Origin: Mobula hypostoma
Taxonomy: Eukaryota
Assembly (NCBI RefSeq): GCF_963921235.1
Contig: NC_086108.1
Coordinates: 54,500,001-54,564,000 of the forward strand
Length of the DNA stretch: 64,000 nt
Reading direction: 5' to 3'
Shown: in pieces, positions 24,011 through 38,140 of the stretch
Position numbering within the stretch: the stretch's first letter is position 1
Layout: every line of letters begins with the position of its first letter
The notes under the pieces: generated by a model
Told to the model about the DNA's origin: nothing
Seen by the model: only the letters and a program-made list of their open reading frames with translations
Databases searched by the model: none
Made by a program: the position numbers and the translations under genes

Positions 24011-27000
24011 ACCAACTGTCTTCACAAAATCCTCCCACATTAACTGATGAGTAAGCAGGCCACCCAAAACTTCCAGGGGCGAGGTACTTTACACTAGGTC
24101 CAATTCAAGCCTTGGGAATGGTCCACGTCCCCTCACTCTGCACAACCTTTTAAAATCACGGCTGATTTGCTAATCCCAATCACATATTATCACCCATCCT
24201 CCCATCATTTTACCAGTGAATTTCACCCCTTCATTAAATAGCTTTCTAACTTTATCTTCAAGATAATCTAAAAATTCACTTTGCCACACATTGACAGTCC
24301 CAAAAGATTACTATGTTCAGGGGGGAAAAAAAATCACCTAATCTTCAGAGTAAATGGGTCATCCTTTATTTTTAAACTGTACCCTCCATCTCTCGATTCT
24401 CCCACAAGAAGAAGTATTTTCTGCACATCCATTCCTCGTCTCTAAATTGTCAAATTGCCTTTCTTATTAACTCACATATCATATCTAAAATTTCTTCATA
24501 GACAAGCCACCCACTTTAGGGATCAATCTCCCAGTTTTTTTAGTGTGTTTTTTTCCTCATACCCAACAACAGATAATCTTTTCGGAGCTTGGTCCTACCA
24601 AGAGGTCAACTGCACGCCTCATGTCCACCTGTGGAGAGTACTTAGAAACTCAAACTAAATGGCAGAAGCACAATGCTCCTCAAACTATCTACTCCCATCA
24701 TACACCTCCTGCCCCAGCCCTGAGAGCATGTAGAACTGAAATAACATGTCATCCTCAATCCCAAAGATTTGGGAATCTAATACACCACACTAACTACAAT
24801 ACTTTGAATTCAAATAAACCTAATCTGAAAAATTGTAGTCTTAATAAGTGAGAAGTTAAGATTAAATGAATGACACTTTGAAAAATTGCTACTCAGAAGA
24901 AAAAAATCTTTTTTTTCCCTAAAAAAAAAGTTCAGTTTCACAAGTATTGACAGTCATCAAACCGAAGAACCCCGATTTCATGAAACACTACTAACACAAA
25001 ATTGCAAAAGCATATTTTGGTTAAGTATTCAGAAGTGAAAAGTTCTTCCATTTTTATCCAATTTTATTTTGGCAAGTGTGTAATTTCATTTTTATTTAAA
25101 TGAAAATGTTAAAGACATACCTGTCAATGAAGTAATTAAAACAGAAAAAAATAATTGTCAAACTGAGCAGGATCTAGAGAAAAAGGGTTTAACGTTTCCA
25201 TTTGGGGGCTTTCATCAGAACACACACGATTAGAAGTTTCTCTCTTCTCTGACACTGCCCATCCAACTTAATACTTCCAGTGCTTTTATTTCAGGATTTC
25301 CCAAAACCTATAGAGCTTTTTGCTCATCAAGTACTCTTGCTCAGCTATGCTTGCACATTTTGAACCTATCAATAAATGTTAATTAAATATTTAAGAACTT
25401 TTCATTAAGATTATTTAAAATGCTAAAACATGTCCAATATTTTTTTAAAATATGGTGCATTGCCATTGCAATTTAAAACCGTTGAATATTAACTATAACA
25501 GACTGTAAATAAAGGAATTTAGAACCACCTAATTGGATGGAATAGTAGAGAGACGATCATTATTGCTTCAGAAAACATTTAATTGAAATGTGTAATATGT
25601 CTTTAAAATTATACATTTACTTAGCTATCAATTAAACAAACAGGAAACTAATGGCATGATGAAGGAATCCCTAAACACTGCCAATGATGGAGGATATTCA
25701 TTGTTGCCCTAAATGCCAGCAGCACAATGGGCAATAAGTTATCAATTAAAAATAAAGTCAGTTAAACAGGTATTAGCTCTGGAGGGGTCCTTGAATGATA
25801 GAAAGTAGTATCAGAAAAGTGAGTTTGTAATTTTACCTCCCACACAATTCACATATACAAGTGACATGAGGTGAAGAGGGGAAGGAGGACAGATTCTTCT
25901 TTGCTTGCTGACACCCAGAATTCTGTCACTATAGTGCTCTGTTGTTACTTGGAATATCACTTCCTTTGATGAGGAGGTGGAAAAAAATTACTGCAGGTAG
26001 AACTTACACAGTGCAAAGCACATCTTACAATATACATCAGAAATGGCTACATCACAAAATGTTTGAAATTTTAATGAACTGAATGTTCAAATGCTTTTGC
26101 CAAATTAATTTGGAAAATTAACTCAAACCACTTAATCTGCGTCCATCAAAATTACCTTGTTATTTGAACCAACATATTATTGAAATGTGTCTGAGGATAA
26201 TGTGCATGGTATAATATACAAGAATAACCTAAAATTACCCTTGTGACTGTTCCTCCAATTGAACTCAGAAATAAATGAACTTTGTGTCCTGCAAGTAATA
26301 CCCAATCCCATTCAGGCTTTCCCATTATTTCTTTTAAAAAAACATACAAGATAACAGACTTGTATTACTTTGTACCTTTCATGAGCTCAGGAAATGCACC
26401 AACTAAATTCTCCAGTTCCTCATCAAGATTGTGTCATGTGATCTCTCCACCCGCTTCCCCCACCACCATCCACCTGCAAGAGCAAGTGGAATCTCAGTTC
26501 AACAGTTCATGAGAAAGTCAATGCCAACCAAAACTTTAGATTTCAATATGAATTTGCAACTCGACTCTGGGAAATACTGACAAGCCAAATTTGCAGAACA
26601 TGGGAATGTGACTGTAATTTACAAATTGTACAGAATTGTCAAATGCATTTAAAATTTAGATAAGCAGAAATAACATTTAATCAGATAGACAGAACTGGAC
26701 ATAGAGTGGATTAATATAATGTGCATTCAATGGTATAATATTAGAGCCTAACATTTATCTAGAAATACAACTTGCTAGGATTCATATGCATTTCAAATCA
26801 CATTATGTAAAGTAAGATAAAAAGATCCTGGGCTACACTATTAATCCATTAAACTTTCTGCCATGCTTTCCAAATTTAAAGCAGGTCTACCACAAGGTAG
26901 TGGCAAAGGCTTGCCACTGTGGTCTGAGTGGTGGCAGAAGGAATAGTATGGGTAAGCTTACATGTAAATATTATCACAGTGTAAGGTCTAGGGTTGAGTT

Positions 27001-29639
27001 CCTATGTTTCAAAGCTTAATAAACTCAGTTAGTGGTCAACCAAGAAGTGAAGTGAACCATGAAACAAATCTTAAAGTCCATTAAAAAAATTCCCTCAACT
27101 TCACATTGGCCCTTCAAAACAAAAACAAAAATATCCCAAAACTTTGTAATTTCAGCCAAAACAGAGTGATTTTTCTTGTAATTATGTTTTTGAGAGGGGT
27201 GATATTAGCAAGTATGAAGGTGATAGGACAATATGAACAATGAAGTTGGGTGTTTATATTTGGGTAAGAAGAGTTAGGTAACTGTGGATGGCCTGGCCAA
27301 TATTTTCTATCAATTCCAACAGCGTCCTGTACCCGAAAGATTATTGTTCTCTTTCCATGGGGTCCCGCTTCTATATTTTCAGCATTTTCTGTTTTTATAT
27401 TTAAGTAAATGCAAGTCTGATTTTAATCAAGAAGCAACAGGTCATTTTTTTTCTTGTATATTTTACCATTAAAACATATTTGAGAAAGCAGGTATGGCTG
27501 GGTATGACTTGGGACAGTGAAGTTTTTGTTTTTGAATTTAGTGGCAGGGACATCCCATGGACAAGTTTGGAAAGCAAATTTGTGCAAATAAAGATGAACA
27601 AATACAACATGAAAGTTTGGGAACTGGGTGGTCAGGAATATTCATGGTTTGAAATGATTGCCTGATTGAAGAAAAGTAGCAGAGACAGAATTTCAGTCTC
27701 ATTGATCAACAAATTAATTAATCTTCGATGGAGAAAATTGAGTACAGTAAATATTTTTAAACAGAGAAAAGTTATATGTGTGGAATAAAAAAAATACTCT
27801 CAAGAGCTGGACCTAAGACTAATAAAGGTCATTCATGAAGGTCTCGGTGTATTACTTAATCAGTTGTTACCTGCATTAAGTCTCTGCCTTTTGAACATGA
27901 GGGAATACAAACAAAGGTTTAACTAGGGAACAGCTAGGTTGATAGAAAGTAATGGTTTTTAAATGGGAATCAGCATATCAAAGGTGGAAGCAAGAATATC
28001 TTTGAGAAAATCTGTTACTGCAGAAATTCTGTGGTGAATGAAGGGCCAAGCTGGCCTGTTGAGAATTTGAATTCCAGTGGTACGCAAGTCAAGATATAGT
28101 TTTTCCAAGGATCAGTATAAAATGAATATTGTATGCAAAGATAAGCAACAGAATATCACTAACCCAAACCATACTCTATCATCAAACGCAGGAGCAAAAT
28201 AAATATGCTCCATTGATTTTCATTTTCAAATTTCTGAGGAGTTTCCCCAGTTTATTAAAGTAGTGTTGGCAGAAACGCCAGAGAAAGCTTAAAAATTGTT
28301 TGGAAACACCATCAACATTTCTAATTTTACACCATGGTTACCCAGACAACTCTGACAAGTCAGTTAACAGAGTAAGTTCCAATTTCCATCAGACATAGAG
28401 CAGCTGTGGGAAGGTCCTACATTCAAATATTGAACTATTCTTCTATAAGAGCACTCAAAACCAGTCACTGGTCAATATAATCCCATTACCCAACATTTAC
28501 CATGACTAACAGCCTAATATAGAACTTCTCCCAAACACCTCAGATCTGAAGAAGATTGGGGAAGCCTCAGATATCAAGAGGAACTCAATTTTGTGTTTTA
28601 GTCAGTTTTGTTTTCTTTCCGTGTTAAATCAAAAGGATGTGCTTGCTGTAAAAACCTGTATTCTTTAAATAGTTGGCAATTTTATCAGAAAATTTATAAC
28701 TGGATATTGCTCATTATGATGTCTATAAGAGTGCGGCTGTGGCTCACCTTCACGCTTAAAAAAATTTATGATTGGATATATTTTTATCTTCCCCTTTACA
28801 TTATTCCTTTGAACTGAATCTGAAACTAATGTGGTTTAGTGATCATTTTACTTCCAAAACAAAAATCCCCTGCAGGCAAAATTAAAAAGGCTTTTTCAAC
28901 TGTTTTACAGGTTAAATACAGTTATTAATTCATTTATTCACTCTCAAAATGTTTTGATAGAAATATTCATAATACATATTACTCAATAAGAAATCACTAT
29001 TTTTTAATAATGAATCCTGTAATGAGATGTTGAAGCCTCTGCTTCCACTAAAATATTTTTTAAAAACTTCTGAAGTGTGATAACTTGCAATATCTTCAGT
29101 ACGACAGTCACTGTCTTACTTTAATGACTCAATGATATGTATAGCAGAAAACTTTCAGTGCATTGGAAGTTAGACTATATCTGAATTTTCCTTCTCCAAA
29201 CATGCCCTGATTGAAAACTACCACCAACATTAGCTTCTCTTTGCAATGCCACAGGAGTTTAACAAGGGCAAGTAGGCCACATATGTCTACAAATATCAAC
29301 TCAATCAAAAATATGCTCAAGTATTTCAAAAAGGGCCTGAATGTAAGTCATGCACATTCTCCAATAATGAACACTAAATATGAATCAAATATCTTGCTGC
29401 TATTTTCCATTCCATCAGTAGCAAAAGGAGTACAGAAAAATGGGAGGAGGCGGCAAATAGTTCAAGATTGGTGTGCTACCCAAAGCGATCCTGGTTGATC
29501 TACCGTATGTAAATCTTTCTTGTGCCAATTCCCTATTGCCAAGATTTCCACAAAAGCACGCCTACCCATTTTTAAGTACCATGAGGATTTTTGCGTGTAA
29601 AGAACTGAATTTTTTTTTTTAAAAGAGCGAATGGTTCAG

Positions 29640-30900
29640 AGATTAGAACAGTCCAGCACAAAAATAGGCTCTTTGTGCCACAATCTCTGTAGCAACTATG
29701 ATGTCAAGTTAAACGGCCTGCTCTCTTCCATATCCCACAATTCCTTGCCTCTTCATGTGGTTGTCTAAATTCCTCATAAACACTGCACTCACATCGACAT
29801 CCATCAATATACTGGGGAACACAGATTAAAAATACCTGCAAGCACTTTATTTTCCATGGGTATGAATAAACAGCAACAAAGGAACCATGTACTACTTGTT
29901 CATAGAATCAGGAATGTATAGCACAGGAATATGTCCTTCCATACCACCTCATCCACGTTGACTCTATGCTAATCACACCTGGCTGCATTAGATCCATATC
30001 CTATCTTTCCCTTGCAAGTGCATGTCCAATTAATTACCTTTTAAACATATTATCTGCCTCCATTACCTTGAAGCTTGTTCCAGATATTTACTACTCTCTT
30101 CATGTGGGGAAAAACTTGCCTCTCAGATGAATATTACTTTCTCCCCTCTTAAATTTGTACCCTGTAATTCTACATCCCCCTCACTGGGACAAAATTTTGA
30201 CTATCTACTTATCTAAGCCTACCATTTTATAAATCTCCAAGATCATTTGTCAGCCTCATATATTCCAATGAGAATAAACTTGACCTATCCAATTTCTCCA
30301 CTTAACTAGAGACCTCCATTCCAAGCAATATCCTGGTGCCTATTTTCTGCACAAACTCTATTAACTATTACAACCTTCCTGCAGTGTGACAACCAGAACT
30401 GTACAAACTATTCTATAACTGCTGCCTAACCATGCAAAACATTTAAATATTTCACATTTTCTTATGACCATTCAGCCCACTGAGCTTATGCCAGAGCAGA
30501 ACAATCCCAGTAATACTGTTATCCCACTTATTCCCCATAACCTCTTCTCATATATCCATCAACAAAGCTAATTTACCACAGCTAATTAACTAAAAACCAG
30601 CATGTTTTTGGGACATGGGAAGGAACTGAGTATCGAAAGGGGAACTCACTTCGTCAAGTGTGAGAACATGTAAGCTCCATACTTTATCCCTTCACCTTCA
30701 CTCTTGCTACCATTCATAGAATATAGAAATCTACAGCACATTACAGGCCCTTTGGCCCATAATGTTGTGCCGACTATGTAACCTACTCTAGAACCAGCCT
30801 GGAATTTCCCAAGCACATAGCCCTCTATTTTTCTAAGCTCTATGTACTTATCTAAGAGGCTCTTAAAGGACCCAATTGTATCTGCAACCTCCATTATCTC
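29640..30900 (-). mobile_element. cluster of decayed CR1 3' ends and a V-SINE remnant
   Basis: CR1 3' UTR and tail motifs (CATAGAATATAGAA, ACAGGCCCTTTGGCCCA); SINE-like stretch at ~30460-30690. Confidence 0.6.
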
Positions 30901-31349
30901 CAACCTCCCTCTAACGCCAAAATTCCTTAAACACATTGTAACTCACCAATCCAGAGCTACGAAGATTTCACCACAGTCAGCTCTGTATCAGTTTCATTGA
31001 TTGACAGTGCACCTGTGAGCTCCATAGGACATCTATGCATTGTTGTAAGGTCAGTGAAATTATTTTTCAGGAAAATTATATTTTAGTTGTTCCTTGTCCT
31101 CTTTTTTAAAGCTGTCCCTTGTGGTTCATATCAATCCTGGTTATTCACTGAGCTTGCTGGCTCTGAGAGCCAAACAAGGATTGATTTGGGCCGTCACAAG
31201 TCTGAGGCAGCTGCTCTACCTTGCTGTAACACTGTTACTGCCTTGCACAAAGTCGGCACTTCAAGTTGAGCACTTCAAGTTCTGCACACAATTTCAACCA
31301 GACACTTCATGTGTAAGAACGAAGTCAGAACAAAAATTTAAAGTAAAAC

Positions 31350-32250
31350 TGATGGAGTTAATTGGTTTGTGGACAAGTTTGCAGATGATACTAAAATAGT
31401 TGGAGGGTTAGGAGGTGTTGAGTCTGCCGAAATGCTTGGACAGGTTGGGAAAGTGGACAAAGAAGTGGCAGATGGAATACAGTGCAGGGAAGTGTATGGT
31501 TACGTACATTCGTAAAAGGAATAAAGGCATAGACTATTTTCTAAACTGGCAGCAAATTCAGAAATCAGAGGGGCAAAGGAACTTGACAGTCCTCGTGCAA
31601 ACTGCCCTAGAGATTAACTTGCAGATTGAGTCCGTGGTTAAGGATGGTAAATGTAACATTAACATTCATTTCAAAAGGACTAGAATATAAACACAAGGGT
31701 GTAATGACTAGGCTTTAGAAGGCACTGGTCAAATTACACCTGGAGTATTATGAGCAGTTTTGTGCTCTTTATATAAGAAAGGATGTGCTGGCTTTGGAGA
31801 GGGTACAGTGGAGGTTCACAAAAACTAGCCTGCAAAATAACAGGGTTAATGCATAAGAAGTGCTTGATTTAGAAGCATGACAGAGCATCTCATTGAAACC
31901 TACTGAAAACTGAAAGGCCTAGATAAAGTGGACATGAGCCCTCTGGTGGATCCCAGGGTGGGGGTGTCTAGGGCACAGCCTCAGAATACAAGGATACCCT
32001 TTTAGAACAAAGATGAGAAGGAATTTATTTAGCCAGAAAGTGGTGAATCTGTGGAATTCATTGCCACAGACAACTGTAGAGGCCAAGTCATTGGGTACAG
32101 GAGGTTGATAGGTTCTTGATTAGAGAGAATGGCAAAAGTTATGGGGAAAAAGCAGGAGAATGGGGCTGAGAAGGATAATAAATCAGCCATATGGAATGGC
32201 AGAGCAGACTTGATGGGCCAAATAGCCTAATTCTGCTCCAATGTCTTATG
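31350..32250 (+). mobile_element. CR1 LINE 3' part
   Basis: KFADDTK; LDRLGKWTKKWQMEYSAGKCMV; ends GTCTTATG. Confidence 0.88.
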
Positions 32251-32774
32251 GAAATTCATCCTTTCATCAATACTGAATTAAAAAACACCAGCAAAATTCC
32301 AGAAAATTTCTAGCTGTTAAAATACTCCCTTCAGCAGTATACCACGCATCTAAAATTAGAAGTGAAATAAATGGATAATACAAATCGTAATAGGACAAAA
32401 TATCTTGTAAAGTTTCCCAATACACAAGAACCTCTGTAATAAAGCTGCATACATTGTATAGTCATAGAGATCTGCTCTTTACTTTGCTTTTTAATCTGCA
32501 AAATCATGTTCACATTTGTCACAAAATAATTCACAAACAAAATCAGTTTTTGAATATTTTACCACAATGAACAATTTAACCAGGTCACTCCATCAATTCC
32601 ACCTGTGACTGTGAAGCATTCAGCAGACCAATTTCCAGAATTTTTTTTTTCTATTCAATTCCAAAATGGAACTGAGAAGGAAGTAACCTACCAGCAGGTT
32701 CTGGGGTGAGTATTTCACGAATCCAATACATGTTCCTTCTCATATCTTTGCAAGGGCTCTGATGTCCAGGTGGC

Positions 32775-32849
32775 TGCCATCCTTCAGTTATCACAGTACT
32801 GTACCTTGAGAATGGACAGCATCAGCACTGTGATAACTGAGCCAGGGCA
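32775..32849 (-). ncRNA. MIR101-1: pre-miR-101 hairpin (mir-101-1 type); mature 3p 32783-32803, 5p/star 32818-32839
   Basis: Minus strand reads TGCCCTGGCTCAGTTATCACAGTGCTGATGCTGTCCATTCTCAAGGTACAGTACTGTGATAACTGAAGGATGGCA. It contains exact miR-101-3p TACAGTACTGTGATAACTGAA. The arms match the mir-101-1 precursor as I recall it (differences only in the loop), and the basal stem extends via TGGCTGCC/GGCAGCCA. Confidence 0.97.
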
Positions 32850-33879
32850 GCCAGAGAGTCACTCCCTGTCAGCATTCAGCTGCCGTCAAGGTTCTTAGCT
32901 GAAAGACCAAAGATACATTGCCATATTCAAGTGTTTCATAGTAAACCCTTATCTAATTATAGTGTGAAGTTAAGTTGGGAAGATTTATACATTTTACATT
33001 TCAAGCTATTGCTTTCTCCAACAGGCAACTCAACACTTTTGCATGTTGAATTGAACTTAGTTCAGGATGTTCACTGCCAAAATCCATTTCATTTCCTTGT
33101 ATTCTGCCAACTTTTCCATATTTGTATGGTAAGGCTCATGGACTCAAGCCTATGTAACTAGTAAACCAACTCTTGACCTCGCAGTATTCACATACTTTTT
33201 CTTATACAGAGGAATCAATCAATAATATATAATCAAGAAAAACTGAGCCCAAATGTGGCAGGGCCAATTCACAATCCATTCAGTGCTTTGCCCATTTGAG
33301 AACACTTATCTGGAAGACCAAGTCTGTTCCCATCTCTTTGCATCAGTTCTTTATCCCACATATATTGTTTAGTGAGTATCATTAGCAAACCATCAACATA
33401 AATCTCTAATTGCTTTACAGAAGATGAGGCTGGCCACTACCTTGAACTGCTGCAGTTCTTTAATGAGGGTGGAGAGCTCCAAGATTTTGTCTCAGCAATG
33501 ATGAAGCAGTAACAATATATTTCATTTGGAGGGATATCTGCAGGTAGTGGCACGCCTTCAGGTATGTTGTTGGACCTAGTGATGTAGGTTATGAGTTTGA
33601 GTACTGTAGATGGGATACCAGACAGACCATTTATCACTAAAGGTTACTGGAGTTGCACTCATCCAAGCATGTGCACAACCCTGACGTATGTCTTGCAGAT
33701 GGTGGAAGGGCTTTGAGTAGATAGGAAGCAAGTCACTCTCCATAGAATACCTAGCCTTTGAATTCTGTGTTTCTGCCAGGTGCATGGTGTTACACTGCAC
33801 CATAAATGTGCTTAGTTCTATCACTAAAAAGGATAGATCTGGTGATGGATATGGAGTCCAAAAGTACAAGTCACTTGAA

Positions 33880-34440
33880 ATACCAATGTGGATTAATAAA
33901 TCAAAGCACTCTGCTCATCTCCAAATGGATATTTGCGTTAATTATTTTATTTGAACTTGGCTAGACCTGGAATACTGTGAAAGGTTCATATACGAGTAGA
34001 TAGCAATGGTCGATGAAAGGTGCAAAAACAAACAGGAGATCACCAGAACTGAGAAGTTATATACATTTCCAGATACAAGAGAGAGAGGCAACTTAACAAT
34101 TAGATCTTCAACATTCTGAAAAGCTTGATAGAGAATAAATGGAGATGTAGTTTCTACTTGCAGAGAAGGCATGTACATGGTCATGCATAGAAAATTTAAA
34201 AGACACTTATTTACGCAACGTATTACTGGAACATGCAGCCAGGTGTCATACAAAAATGGTTTAGGTGAATAAGAGCAATTATGCATTTAAGAGGAAGTTA
34301 GATAAACAGATAGAGCAAAAAAAAAGGAACAGGATGATATTTTTACTGAGGTTAGATGTAGAATGGTGGAAGGAGATGCACACAAACACTAAAATTGAGA
34401 TGGCGGTGAAGTAAACGGCCTGATCTTGGACTTGCATCAG
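33880..34440 (+). mobile_element. highly decayed CR1 3' fragment
   Basis: Degenerate LEYC motif and CR1-like 3' region. Confidence 0.5.
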
Positions 34441-37094
34441 ATACCAAATGGAATGAGCATTAACACTCTGAAGACAGTCCCATATCATCTTACTCATCTA
34501 TATACCAGGGCAGGGCAATTATTTATAGAGACAGCATCCCTGTATTAACTTGAAATAAGATACATATGACAGCCAAGGTAAAGAGAAGCTGCAGATACAG
34601 TAATCTAATATAAATTTATTCTGATTGCCCCAGGACTATACCTGAAATAAAATTAATTCTGCATTCACTTGCCTAACACCAAGGCTATTGAAAATGAAGA
34701 AAGAATACTTCAGGATTATTTTTACTGCAGCCAATACAAAAAAAAACTTCCTATTGGTTTGGACGGTTTCACTTTCAGCAACATGTACGTTTTAAGTCAG
34801 TTATCATACCTTACTCAACCGACAAAGACACACTATACCACATCAGACTATAGTGTGTGGTATGCTAATTGGATAGTGTGAATCTGGATGTTTATAAACA
34901 CGACACTGTGACCTACATAAAGTGCTACAATCAGTGAATATCTTGGCGGTTTTGAAATTTGATTGGCTTTTAATTTAAATCACATTTTCCCAATTTAAAA
35001 ATACTGAAGCAGTTTTTAAGTTTTTCCATTCCCTCTTGAAGGTGTTGCGTCAACTGCTCTGAGACGCTGCCTGAGATGTCTGAATTTCATCATATTTTGA
35101 TAGCTCTGCTCAGCCTTCAGGCAGACATCAAAGCCACCATACTTTGTTGAGTTCTGTTGCAGCATAAATGGAAGCCAGACACTCAAGCTGGAGAAAATAT
35201 TTAAAACTTAGAAACAGATTAAACATAGCAAATATTTTCTCCTATGGATTACACTGGATGCCTTCTGCTGTCAAACAGAATTACTTCATAGCAATTCTTC
35301 CCTTTAGAAAGGACCTAGTTTATATTTAGAAAAACAGAAGTTACTTCAGTAGCCTACAAATGAAAGCAGCTCTTGGAAAAGCATTGAGCTCTGAAGATTC
35401 AGGGTAGTTAACAATTCGGCTTCACTGTTTGCAAGATTGAGGGCCAGCACAATGACCTTTGCTGGGACATGCACATGTGATTGTCAGCCTAAGCAAAATT
35501 TGCCAAAAATATGCCTCCTCTGATGAATATCCAGGCACACTCAGTGACCAGCACTGTAAGGACACACTCTAAGGTAATTGAGCTCACCTACCATTTCTAG
35601 AAACATAGCCCAACAAAGCTAGAGGTGGAAAGAAATGCCAAAGTGCAAAGGTATAGGGTTGAACAACAGCAGCTGGCCATTGAACACAATAAAGCTCCAT
35701 CTATAAAATCATCAGCTTTGAAAAGCACTTCCAGATGGCCTAGGGAAGTTCAAACATCGAGAAAGGAAAAAAAGAGATCTGAAAATTGACACTGGAACAG
35801 ATTCTTGTCCTATTGCAAGACCAAAGATAATGAAACCATGCAAGGCAACTGACTGACCATGTACCATAGTATTTAGAAGGGGAAACTGCAGGATGAAAGA
35901 GTACCAAAACTACCACAGATCCTGAAGCTGTCAGATTTGTTTCACTTTTTGGACAACCATGATACAGCCAGGAAATGGAAATAATAAGGAAAACCACAGC
36001 AGCATTTGGTACCGTAGGAATGTAGGTAGGATATTTATTAGTGAAGTTACAAGCAAAGAAACTATTCATATGCATTGTTTACCAAATTTATGCTGAGCTC
36101 CTTCAGAAATCACTGTGAAGTAAGATCTCAGCTGCAAGTTGTAGCTCATGTCAAAACCAGCGACATAAGAAAAAGGATTCAAGTCTTACAAAGACAACAG
36201 GAGTTTAGATAGAGGTTCCGAATTAATTTTAAAAACGTAACCTAGGAATTACCATTATGCCAAAGCATGCACAGCCATATGTGAGAATGATTCTATTGAT
36301 GAAATTGATCACATTCCTGTTGTCACTTAAGAGACGAGCAGAGCTGACCAAATTACTCAAGTGTTGACTTCAACTTTGCAGTAGGTTTAATCTAATACAG
36401 TTTAGGTTCCAAGTCAAGTTGGCAACTTGGAAACAACAAAGAATGTGGAATAAAATGACAACTGAGGTGTATACTTTCCAAGCCTTGCCCTGCCAAATGC
36501 AAGTTCCTTTGAACTTTATAGTACTGCAGTGGAGAGCAGATCTAGATTGCATGCTCTAATATTTTGGATTGCAGCTTGAAGAGATAACGTTCTAATTTAG
36601 GGATATACATGCTGTCATTGGGGCAGGTCTGATACTAAAGCATGCAGATTTACAAGAGGCAAGTGGCTCAGCATTAATCTTTAGCATTAGTCTTGCTTCC
36701 AATTCATCTGTTCTTTTGTTCTGTAATTCAAGCAATACTCAAAAGATTAGTCTCCAATTTGCAGGCAGGATGAGGTAGGGAATATAAAATATTTAGAGGA
36801 AGATATGCAGTAGTTAGCTGTAGTTATTATCGAAGGAAACACTGGGTTAAATCTTTTAAGGTTCATGGAAAATCTATCAGAACAAAACAGAAGTGGATGC
36901 AATGGCGTTAATGAAGAAAAACCTGAAGATGCAACAGAAATTCTATGTTAAGAAAACTGGGACCGAATACTTCAAGATGGCAAATGACAATTCACTCTTC
37001 ACAATAGTTATTGGTAAGCTGCCTGGCCTGCTGAGTTCCTCCAGCATTTTGTGTGTTTTGCTCAGATTTCCAGCATCTGCAGATTTTCTCTTGC

Positions 37095-38140
37095 TGGTAG
37101 ATACAGTGTATTTAGTTTTCTAAAAGGTGTCTGACAAGGTGCCACATCTGAGGCTGGTGAATGAATTAAAATCCAAGGTATTGGAGAAAATGTTTTTACC
37201 ACAGATTGTTTTCTACGTGACAGCCAGTTTTCAACAGACAGGTTTATGAGAACATGAGAAGAGTAAGAATAAGATTAATATAGGATTGCTTTAAGTGGGT
37301 GGTCGATAGTCAGTGCAAATCTGATGAGCAGAAGAGTCTGTTTCCTGCTGCCAGTTTTCAGGTTGGAGGGTTGTAGTTAATGGAGTATTCCAAGTATGGG
37401 TCTTGGCCTTCACTAATTTATTATTTATATTAATGTCCCAGATGAAGGAAAAAATTAATATTTCCAAGTCTGCTGATGTTACGAATGTCGTGTGGAAGAC
37501 ATGGTGATCCTGTAACAAAATAATAATAGATTGAGTGAAAACCTGGCAAATAAAATTGAAGGTGAGGTCATGGTATTAGGAACTATTAAAGATGGATTAA
37601 TATCTTACTGGGGAGAGACTGAAAATGGGTGAAATTCAGAAGGATCTAGGTGGAGTAGTACATTAATCACAAAATGTTAGCAGGTAGATACATTAAGTAG
37701 TTTAAAAAAGAAAATAAATTTTTTTCCTTTATTGTGAAGGGGGTTAAGGTTTAAGAATAAGGAGCTTTTGTTACAGTTGTACACAGAACTGCTGAGGTCA
37801 CACCTGGAATAATATCCAGAGTTTGGCCTAATATACGCAGTAACATTGCAGGCTGCACAAAGGAGATCCCCAGACAAATTCACTGGATGAGGGTGTTGTC
37901 TTCTCAAGACAGGCTACACAGGGTTGGATCTGTACTCGTAGGCGCTCAGTAGAATAGGAAGTGAAGGCAGCCAAATATGCAAGATCCTAAGGAGACTTGA
38001 CAGGGGAAATGTTGGGAGAGTCACGAAGAAGGGCACACAACTATAAAATATGGATCTCATCATTTCAAACTGAGGACAGAAATGTCTCCACTCTTCTATG
38101 GAATTCTTTGCCCGAGGGCGATGGAAGTCAGATCATTAAA
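37095..38140 (+). mobile_element. decayed CR1 RT region, with a short PLE pLTR piece at its left edge (~37018-37092)
   Basis: DKVPHLRL, KSADVT and RSHLE-like motifs; many indels. Confidence 0.7.

Noticed and set aside
35016..35187. KFRHLRQ as a remnant of RCL1 FLRHLK
   Set aside because: Too short, the flanks do not align, and it lies upstream of the miRNA whereas that RCL1 segment, as I recall, is downstream of mir-101-2.
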